The notes under the pieces are model-generated. The model searched no databases, was not told the DNA's origin, and saw nothing but the letters and a program-made list of their open reading frames with translations. 32,000 bases of DNA from Chlamydiales bacterium (GTDB lineage: Bacteria > Chlamydiota > Chlamydiia > Chlamydiales > SM23-39): the NCBI GenBank assembly GCA_965261025.1, contig OZ253438.1, forward strand, positions 120,001-152,000. Direction: 5' to 3'. This document shows, piece by piece, positions 16,222-22,681 of the stretch; the first letter of the stretch is position 1, and the number at the start of each line of letters is the position of its first letter. The translations under genes and the position numbers were made by a program.

Positions 16222-17457
16222 ATGGATTTTGCTAGTTTGCGCGCTTTTGAAAAAGCTTGCAAGGTTTTACCAGGAGGTGTTAGTTCTCCTTTGCGTTCTT
16301 TCCAAAAAGTAGAAAGAGTGCCGTTGATTGCCAAAAAAGCAAAAGCAGATCTGTTATTTAACATAGAAGAGGAAGCCTATATTGATTTTTGCATGGGAAA
16401 TGGAGCCGTTATCTTAGGACATGCCCCCCTCATTTTTAGGGAGATATTCACAAAATTTGCTGAAGAAGGGATTTCTTATGGTACCATCATAGAAGAAGAA
16501 GAAAAGCTGGCTTCTTTGATCCTTTCTCATTTTCCCTCTATGGAAAAAATCCGTTTTTTCCCTTCTGGAACGGAGAGCTGTATGACCGCAATTCGTTTGG
16601 CAAGAGCTTTTACAGCAAAGAAGAAAATTATCCAATTTTCAGGGGGATATCATGGTCATGCAGAGGATTTTCTGGTAAAGACGGGAGAAGAAAAAGCCGA
16701 TACTTTAGTTCTTCCTTTCAATGATACCCAAGCGGTTTTAGATACTTTTTTACGAGAAGAAGAAATTGCCGCGGTCATCTTAGAACCGGTTTGTACCAAT
16801 ATGGGAGTCGTCCCAGCTACATTAGAGTTTTTACAAACTCTTCGGGAACTTACTAAATCGAAGAAAGCGTTATTGATTTTCGATGAGATAGTGACAGGGT
16901 ATAGATTAGGGCTACAAGGAGCTCAAGGGTTCTATCAAATTGAGCCAGACCTTACCTGCCTTGGGAAAATAATAGGAGGAGGAGCTCCCTGTGGAGCTTT
17001 AGCAGGGAAAAAAGAGATTATGGAGCTTTTCGAGCCTTTAGGGCCTGTTTTTCATGCAGGAACTTTTGCAGCCAATCCTTTATCTATTCGGTTAGGGCTT
17101 GCAACATTAAAGGAGCTAGAAAAACCTCAGTTTTATGAGGATCTCCATCGAAAAGCCCACGAATTTTTAGGACCCATCCAGAAATTCTTAGAGAAAAAAC
17201 AGCAACATAGCTTAATACAAATAGGTTCCCTTTTTTCCCTATTCGCGGGAATAGGTCCTCCTAAAAATTTTGAGCAGGTACAAAAACAAGATACGCTCTT
17301 TTTTCGAAGGCTTTTTTCTTTCCTATTCGATAAAAAAATTTTTTTACACCCTTCTTACTATGAGGCTCAGTTTTTGTCTATTGCGCATACCAAGGGACAT
17401 TTGGATACAGTTCAAGGTCTTATTTTAGAGTTTTTAGAAAAGGACAGATCGATGTAG
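16222..17457 (+). CDS. hemL: Glutamate-1-semialdehyde 2,1-aminomutase-like class III aminotransferase (411 aa)
   Basis: HemL-type motifs are LPGGVSSPLRSF, GYHGH, LIFDEIVTGYR and PDLTCLGKIIGGG (PLP lysine). AAAGGGAG lies upstream of the ATG. The protein is shorter than canonical HemL by a loop deletion (see findings). Confidence 0.88.
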   Translation: MDFASLRAFEKACKVLPGGVSSPLRSFQKVERVPLIAKKAKADLLFNIEEEAYIDFCMGNGAVILGHAPLIFREIFTKFAEEGISYGTIIEEEEKLASLILSHFPSMEKIRFFPSGTESCMTAIRLARAFTAKKKIIQFSGGYHGHAEDFLVKTGEEKADTLVLPFNDTQAVLDTFLREEEIAAVILEPVCTNMGVVPATLEFLQTLRELTKSKKALLIFDEIVTGYRLGLQGAQGFYQIEPDLTCLGKIIGGGAPCGALAGKKEIMELFEPLGPVFHAGTFAANPLSIRLGLATLKELEKPQFYEDLHRKAHEFLGPIQKFLEKKQQHSLIQIGSLFSLFAGIGPPKNFEQVQKQDTLFFRRLFSFLFDKKIFLHPSYYEAQFLSIAHTKGHLDTVQGLILEFLEKDRSM

Positions 17458-17467
17458 TATTGCCCCT

Positions 17468-17914
17468 ATGCTGTTTTTTGCCATTTCCTTAGTTTTCGTG
17501 GGGCTTTTGTTTGTTTTTACAGAATTTTTCTTTCCTAGTATTTTTTTGGGAGCTCTAGGGGTTTTGGTTTTGCTTGCCTCTTTGTATTTTTTCTACGAAG
17601 TTTTTTCCTTTTCCTCTCTTTTTATTCTGGCAGTTTTTGGAGTTTTTTTTAGCCTTTTTTGTACCGGTTTTCTAGCGTCTAGACTCTTAAAGAGAAAAGT
17701 TTTTTTACCAAAAGAGGAAGCAGAAAAAAAGACGACTTTTTCCTCTCTCATAGGAAAAAAAGGGGTAGTTCTTTGTGATCTTCGCCCGATGGGAAAGATA
17801 AAAATAGAGGGGGTTGTCTATTCTGCTGTTTCTGAAAGTTATATCCTCAGAGGAAAAGAAATAAATGTAGTAGGGGATAAGGGAGAGATCTTAAAGGTGG
17901 AGGAGGAGATATGA
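17468..17914 (+). CDS. NfeD-family membrane protein (148 aa)
   Basis: Three N-terminal TM helices are followed by a C-terminal OB-fold pattern, [49 protein letters not shown]. There is an ATGA overlap with the flotillin-like gene, the classic NfeD-SPFH pairing. Confidence 0.78.
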   Translation: MLFFAISLVFVGLLFVFTEFFFPSIFLGALGVLVLLASLYFFYEVFSFSSLFILAVFGVFFSLFCTGFLASRLLKRKVFLPKEEAEKKTTFSSLIGKKGVVLCDLRPMGKIKIEGVVYSAVSESYILRGKEINVVGDKGEILKVEEEI

Positions 17915-18873
17915 TTTTTTATGCTTTGCTAGGACTTCTTCTTTTTTGTCTCGTTGTTTTTTGCTCTTTAGCGACCCGATCTGTAGCTTTATGGTTTCAG
18001 GCGTTGGTTTCAGGTGCTTCTGTTTCTATTTTTAATATCATTGGGATGAGTCTTCGTAAGATTCCTCCCAGACTTATGGTTTCCGCTTTGATCAGCGCGA
18101 GAAAAGCAGGTTTGAGGCAAATTACCGCCAACGATTTAGAAACTCACTATTTAGCAGGGGGACATGTCAACGAGGTGGTAAAAGCGATGATTGCCGCAGA
18201 TAAAGCTCGTATTTCTCTAGACTGGAGGCAGGCTACGGCTATTGATCTAGCAGGAAGAGATATTTTTGAGGCAGTAAAAACCTCTGTTTATCCCAAAGTT
18301 ATTGACTGCCCCTCTGATGGGACTATGATCTCTGCGGTAGCGAAAGATGGAGTAGAATTAAAAGCTAAGGCAAGGGTTACGGTAAGAACGAATATTCGTC
18401 AGTTGGTAGGAGGTGCTACCGAGGAGACCATTATAGCCAGGGTAGGAGAGGGAATTGTAAATTCGATCGGCTCTACCACAACTCATCAACAAGTATTGGC
18501 TTCTCCTCAAAATATTTCCCAGCTCGTTTTAGAAAAGGGGTTGGATGCACAGACAGCTTTTGAAATTTTATCGATTGATATAGCAGACATTTCGATAGGG
18601 GATAATATAGGGGCAAGGCTAAGAGCTGATCAAGCAGAGTCAGACATGCGCGTTGCAAGAGCAAAAGCAGAAGAAAAAAGAGCTTTAGCGGTTGCTTTGG
18701 AACAAGAAAACAAGGCTGCTTTGAAAAAGGCAGAAGCGCAGATCCCTTTTGCCATTTCTGAGGCCTTACAAAAAGGCAATTTTACTGTCTTGGATTATCA
18801 AAAATGGCAAAATCTCAAGGCAGATACAGAAATGAGAAGGGCCTTTTCTGTAACGGAAAAAGAAGAGGAGTAG
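17911..18873 (+). CDS. floA: Flotillin-like protein FloA (YqfA/UPF0365, SPFH superfamily, 320 aa)
   Basis: There is close agreement with the FloA family consensus as I remember it: [79 protein letters not shown] and [28 protein letters not shown] lies upstream of the start. Confidence 0.9.
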   Translation: MIFYALLGLLLFCLVVFCSLATRSVALWFQALVSGASVSIFNIIGMSLRKIPPRLMVSALISARKAGLRQITANDLETHYLAGGHVNEVVKAMIAADKARISLDWRQATAIDLAGRDIFEAVKTSVYPKVIDCPSDGTMISAVAKDGVELKAKARVTVRTNIRQLVGGATEETIIARVGEGIVNSIGSTTTHQQVLASPQNISQLVLEKGLDAQTAFEILSIDIADISIGDNIGARLRADQAESDMRVARAKAEEKRALAVALEQENKAALKKAEAQIPFAISEALQKGNFTVLDYQKWQNLKADTEMRRAFSVTEKEEE

Positions 18874-18875
18874 TT

Positions 18876-19013
18876 ATGGAAAAGAAAAAAAAAGAAAAAG
18901 AGAAAAAAGGAGAGAAGGCAAAGAATAAGAAAAAGGGGCATTTTCTTTTTTCTTCTTTTAAAGAAGCCTTTATTTTCGCTGAGTTAATCCAAAAGCCAAA
19001 AGGAGATCTATGA
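18876..19013 (+). CDS. Candidate small protein (45 aa), Lys-rich N-terminus and hydrophobic C-terminus
   Basis: Sequence is MEKKKKEKEKKGEKAKNKKKGHFLFSSFKEAFIFAELIQKPKGDL. GAGGAG lies 5 nt upstream of the ATG at 18876, which is 2 nt after the floA stop. Its TGA overlaps the downstream ATG (ATGA at 19010-19013). There is no homology evidence. Confidence 0.35.
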   Translation: MEKKKKEKEKKGEKAKNKKKGHFLFSSFKEAFIFAELIQKPKGDL

Positions 19014-19564
19014 GACTATTTGCTGTTTTTTTCTGTTTCTTGAGTCTTATTTTTTCAAAATCATTTACCCAGGAGTCTTTTGTGCAAGAAAAAAATCCTA
19101 TTATTTGTCTAGAAACAACGCAAGGAACTATCGAAATTGAGCTTTTCCCTAAATTAGCTCCCAAAGCTTGTGAGAATTTTGTTGGATTAACCCAGTCTCA
19201 CTACTACGATAAAATTTCTTTCCATCGGGTAATAAAAGGATTTATGATTCAGACAGGAGATCCTACAGGAACAGGTAGAGGGGGTTCTTCTATTTGGGGA
19301 AAACCTTTTGCGGATGAGGTGAGAGCCGATCTTATTTTTAGCGAGCCAGGAATCGTTGCCATGGCCAATGCAGGTCCAAATACGAATGGGAGTCAGTTTT
19401 TTATTACCACGGTAAAAACCCCTTGGTTAAATATGAAGCATACCATTTTTGGAAAAGTAATTTCGGGGATAGAAGTAGTTTCTAAAATAGAAAAGATACC
19501 TACCGATTTTCAAGATAAGCCGAAAGAGGCTCAAAAAATTGTTAAAGCCTACTTGAAAAAGTAA
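19010..19564 (+). CDS. Cyclophilin-type peptidyl-prolyl cis-trans isomerase with signal peptide (184 aa)
   Basis: The hallmark is FHRVIKGFMIQTGDPTGTGRGGSSIWG ... MANAGPNTNGSQFFIT. The N-terminal MRLFAVFFCFLSLIFSKSF looks like an export signal. AGGAG lies 4 nt upstream of the ATG. Confidence 0.93.
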   Translation: MRLFAVFFCFLSLIFSKSFTQESFVQEKNPIICLETTQGTIEIELFPKLAPKACENFVGLTQSHYYDKISFHRVIKGFMIQTGDPTGTGRGGSSIWGKPFADEVRADLIFSEPGIVAMANAGPNTNGSQFFITTVKTPWLNMKHTIFGKVISGIEVVSKIEKIPTDFQDKPKEAQKIVKAYLKK

Positions 19565-19667
19565 AGACTTGCTCTTTTCTTGTATTTCATGGCCTTGTGT
19601 AATTCTGAATTAATTACCCGTTTTGCCAGAGAAAGAAAAGTACTCAAGTAAGAGTTTTATACAAGAG

Positions 19668-20324
19668 TTACCAGGGAAGGATATCTCCCGAAAAATTCCA
19701 GAAGAGCCCCGTGGTATTGGGCGAAAGGTCTTCTATTCTTGCAAGCATTCCCCTTACTGATTCTTCTGGAAGGATAGGACCTTTGTGCTCTGTCATATCT
19801 GTTTTTACATAACCAGGATGTAAGATAATGAGGGATATTCCCTCCTTATTTAAATAAAAAGAAAGACTTCGAAACGCCATATTTAAAGCACACTTGGACA
19901 TTCTATAGCCGTAGAGTCCTTTTCCCTCTATTTTACTCCCAATAGAGCCTGCTCTACTAGAAACAAGAGCAATTTTAGAACCCTTTTGTAAAAGAGGTCG
20001 AAGAGCTTCTACTACTTTTAAAGGTCCTAACGTATTTACTTCAAATTGTTTCAAAAGATCGTTATAAGAAAGTTTAGGATAGGAGTCTCTCAGTAAAATC
20101 CCCGCATTGATCACCAGAAGATCCAAAGGAGGTAGCTTTTTCGCAAGATCCTGTAAGCAAACAAGATCAGTGATTTCTATGTCAGGGAAAAAGGGGATTT
20201 CAAGGTCTATCAAACTTTGGCTACTTTTTCGACAAGTAGCATAAGTAGTATAGGTATTTTGAAGTTGTTTACAAAATTCTAAACCTATTCCTCTACTGGC
20301 TCCTACTACAAGTGCTTTTTTCAT
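19668..20324 (-). CDS. Short-chain dehydrogenase/reductase (SDR) family oxidoreductase (218 aa)
   Basis: Motifs are VVGASRGIG (the TGxxxGxG variant), NAGIL and catalytic S...YRMSK (YxxxK). The preferred start is the ATG at 20324 (MKKALVVGAS), because the track's start at 20372 overlaps the upstream gene. Confidence 0.88.
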   Translation of the reverse strand: MKKALVVGASRGIGLEFCKQLQNTYTTYATCRKSSQSLIDLEIPFFPDIEITDLVCLQDLAKKLPPLDLLVINAGILLRDSYPKLSYNDLLKQFEVNTLGPLKVVEALRPLLQKGSKIALVSSRAGSIGSKIEGKGLYGYRMSKCALNMAFRSLSFYLNKEGISLIILHPGYVKTDMTEHKGPILPEESVRGMLARIEDLSPNTTGLFWNFSGDILPW

Positions 20325-20335
20325 GACAAGAGAGT

Positions 20336-20683
20336 CTACTCTTTTATTTTTTTTTCGTAAAATTCTATCCAAGAACTAGGATGACTAGAAGCATCAGAAG
20401 GGATAATTCCAAAAAGAAATAGAAACAAAGATATAATAAGGCGGTTTTGCTCTACCGCGTAAATAAGGGAGGTTCTTTGTAAGAGAGTCAGTCCCAAGAG
20501 TACCAATCCCACTATAAGATTTGCTAAATGCATTCTGCTCCATTTGGGAATGAAAGAAAGAGCAGAGAAAAGGAAAATAAAAAAAGAAAAGACCCCCTCT
20601 TGAAAAAAAGAAGAAGACCCAAAAACCCAAGGCGAGATAAAAAGCCATAGGGCAAAAAAGATTTCAGAAATCCTTGCCCACAT
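20336..20683 (-). CDS. Small polytopic membrane protein with SPW motif (about 115 aa)
   Basis: Sequence is [27 protein letters not shown]... with 3-4 TM helices. The LFISPWVFG motif resembles the SPW-repeat membrane family as I recall it. The start is uncertain: the ATG at 20683 has GGAG 6 nt upstream, and alternatives lie at 20695 and 20749. Confidence 0.5.
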   Translation of the reverse strand: MWARISEIFFALWLFISPWVFGSSSFFQEGVFSFFIFLFSALSFIPKWSRMHLANLIVGLVLLGLTLLQRTSLIYAVEQNRLIISLFLFLFGIIPSDASSHPSSWIEFYEKKIKE

Positions 20684-21305
20684 AAGAAGCTCCATATTTT
20701 TTTTCGTAGCGTTTTTTATACACCTTTTTTCCCGCTTCATAAGCCTCATAAGAAGCTTTTCCTAGGAAGGTGTAAAAAAGTACTTTTGTAGAGCGGGAAA
20801 GTTTATACACTTCATAGAGGTAAAGGCAACAAGAGATGACCTCATCATAAGCATAGAGGATCAAAATTAAAGAGATAATCGCGGTAATAAAACATAAGAA
20901 ACACCAGCTTCCCACAACTGTTCCCTGCAAGACAACTAAAATAAAGCTCACAATCCCCAACGGGATGACATCAATTCCAAAAAGAATTACGAGCCAGGGT
21001 CTATATTGCCATCTTCTATCAGAACCTGCTAAAGCATAGATAATATCTCCTAAATAGGCTAAAGCACCTAAAGCCGCATCAGGAAGTAAAATCCAGCTAG
21101 TGATCTTATGAGAAACCTTCGAGAGAAGCACGTTTTTGGTGCCTTCTTTAAAAACAGGATCCCATACCTCATCTAAAACGCCCCATTGAAACAGCGCCAA
21201 ATAGAAGGAAATAAAAAAAGCAATAGCCCCTATTAAGGCAACAGGAATTCTTTGACTCCAAGCAGAAGGATTATACTTCCAAGGTTTTACCTGTTCTTGT
21301 TCCAT
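20664..21305 (-). CDS. VKOR-family-like integral membrane protein (213 aa)
   Basis: The protein has four TM helices. The loop segment [28 protein letters not shown] resembles the conserved VKOR segment (VL.S.......G.P.A..G...Y). A CxxC (SWCFLCF) sits at the start of the last TM, as in the VKOR active site. The start ATG directly abuts the upstream stop (21306-21308). Confidence 0.6.
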   Translation of the reverse strand: MEQEQVKPWKYNPSAWSQRIPVALIGAIAFFISFYLALFQWGVLDEVWDPVFKEGTKNVLLSKVSHKITSWILLPDAALGALAYLGDIIYALAGSDRRWQYRPWLVILFGIDVIPLGIVSFILVVLQGTVVGSWCFLCFITAIISLILILYAYDEVISCCLYLYEVYKLSRSTKVLFYTFLGKASYEAYEAGKKVYKKRYEKKYGASYVGKDF

Positions 21306-21767
21306 TTAGTTTATAGAGAGCTCATCTCCCTCAATTTTTATTTCAACCCAAGGGGTTCCTTCTTTGATTTTTACTCTCTTGTGAAAATTCGCTTCCCTTG
21401 TAAATCCTGTCTTGGCTTTTAGTAAAGACCACTCAATCGGATAAGTTCCTGGTTTTAAGCTAGTATGATAGTTAGCTCTGAGAGGAGAGCCTTTTTTTAA
21501 AGGGATTTCTTTCCCATTAAAGATGACATAGATAACTCTTGCTGTATCTATGTCCTTTCCATCTTTTACCATAAGATGTACTTTTACCTTGTGGTGAAAG
21601 CCGGGTTTCAAAGAGGGTAGGGAGTAGTGTCTTGAAGTATTTGCTGCATGAATTAACCTTGTTTTTGAGAAAATAAAAACTCCAAAAACAACAAAAGAAA
21701 CAGCAGAGCAAAGCAAAAAATTTTTAAAAATCTTTCTAGGATCCATCTTTCCCACCTTTTTTTTCAT
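21306..21767 (-). CDS. Hypothetical N-terminally anchored or secreted beta-rich protein (153 aa; alternative start 21746)
   Basis: A hydrophobic N-terminus (FLLCSAVSFVVFGVFIF) is followed by a beta-strand-patterned domain (VKVHLMVKDGK, VIYVIFNGKEIPL, SLKPGTYPIEWSLL, VEIKIEGDELSI). The ATG at 21746 has AAGGTGG upstream and may be the true start. Confidence 0.6.
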   Translation of the reverse strand: MKKKVGKMDPRKIFKNFLLCSAVSFVVFGVFIFSKTRLIHAANTSRHYSLPSLKPGFHHKVKVHLMVKDGKDIDTARVIYVIFNGKEIPLKKGSPLRANYHTSLKPGTYPIEWSLLKAKTGFTREANFHKRVKIKEGTPWVEIKIEGDELSIN

Positions 21768-21862
21768 AGAATCAAAAGACCCTTTTTTCTACAAGAAAAA
21801 CAGAAAACTGCTTGGCAAAAAAACCGCTTTATTTAAAAAAGAGAAAAAGGAGCTTTCCTGAT

Positions 21863-22654
21863 ATGAATCTTTTCATGGCTTGTGGTTTGTTTTTGGCTTT
21901 TTGGGGAAAATCTCCTGAAATTCAAGTGGTAAAAGTAGCAGAAGCACCCTATTCCTCTTCGACTGAGTTGGAGATTATCCTTCCTGAAACCGATGAGATT
22001 TTACAAAAAGACTTTCTTTACCTACAACTTCGGGTAGAAGGGTTTGTTTTAGGTACGCAGCCAGACTTGAATAGAGCGCAAGAACTGGTAAATTCTCCTA
22101 AAGGACAAGCTATACAGATAGTTATCGATGAAGATAGCAGTTTTTCTTTTACAGGTCCTACTATGTCTCCCTTTGATGAAGACGAAAATTACTATCAAGC
22201 CAGCTCTAAAGTAAAAATTCCTTTTTCCTTGAAAAAAGGAGAGCATCTTGCCAGAGCTTTCTTGATAAGATCCTTTGGAGAAAGCCTAAAAACAGAGCAA
22301 GCTTTCTCTTTAAGGCGTTTTTTCGTTGAAGAGAGAAAAATAAACCAAGAGCTTCCCTCTCTTAAAGAACCTATTTTGACTTATAATCAACCCTCTCCTT
22401 CTTTCCCTTTTTCCGAGAAAAAACCCGTTCTCTTAGATTTTTATCTATCTAATTGTGAGCTTTCTGAAGATGGATATCAGGTGAAGCTAACGGTAGACAA
22501 TAAAAAAAGTCGGTTTTTGACTAGTTGGGGCCCCTATTATATATATGGGCTCAGCAAAGGATCTCATACCGTAGAAATAGAGCTTTTAGACCAAAACAAA
22601 AAAAAGGTAGGGGGCAATTTCAATAAAATTAAAAAACGATTCACCGTTCATTAA
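21863..22654 (+). CDS. Hypothetical exported protein with two repeated beta-sandwich-like modules (263 aa)
   Basis: The preferred start is the ATG at 21863, with AAGGAG about 10 nt upstream. The track's start at 21812 is a TTG. There is a short hydrophobic N-terminus (MNLFMACGLFLAFWG). The two halves share a pattern: QIVIDEDSSF / KLTVDNKKSRF, SLKKGEHLARAFL / GLSKGSHTVEIEL, and LRRFFV / KKRFTV. Confidence 0.6.
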   Translation: MNLFMACGLFLAFWGKSPEIQVVKVAEAPYSSSTELEIILPETDEILQKDFLYLQLRVEGFVLGTQPDLNRAQELVNSPKGQAIQIVIDEDSSFSFTGPTMSPFDEDENYYQASSKVKIPFSLKKGEHLARAFLIRSFGESLKTEQAFSLRRFFVEERKINQELPSLKEPILTYNQPSPSFPFSEKKPVLLDFYLSNCELSEDGYQVKLTVDNKKSRFLTSWGPYYIYGLSKGSHTVEIELLDQNKKKVGGNFNKIKKRFTVH

Positions 22655-22681
22655 AGTAAAGATCTGAGAAGAAGAAAAGCC

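Noticed and set aside
18804-18875. Upstream extension of the small Lys-rich ORF (69-aa version)
   Set aside because: It lies inside the floA 3' end in another frame, with no SD. Only the ATG at 18876 is preceded by GAGGAG.
18878-18918. 41-nt homopurine tract as a possible triplex/H-DNA or regulatory element
   Set aside because: It is sufficiently explained as AAA/AAG/GAA/GAG codons of the Lys/Glu-rich sORF in a low-GC genome. There is no mirror-repeat symmetry.
16414-19164. Antisense ORFs at 16414-16635, 18473-18664 and 18970-19164
   Set aside because: They lie opposite hemL, floA and the cyclophilin gene start, all of which have strong family signatures.
20394-22246. Nested ORFs at 20394-20648, 21517-21711 and 22049-22246
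   Set aside because: They are alternative-frame or antisense ORFs inside the SPW-motif, 153-aa and 263-aa genes, with F/C-rich low-complexity translations.
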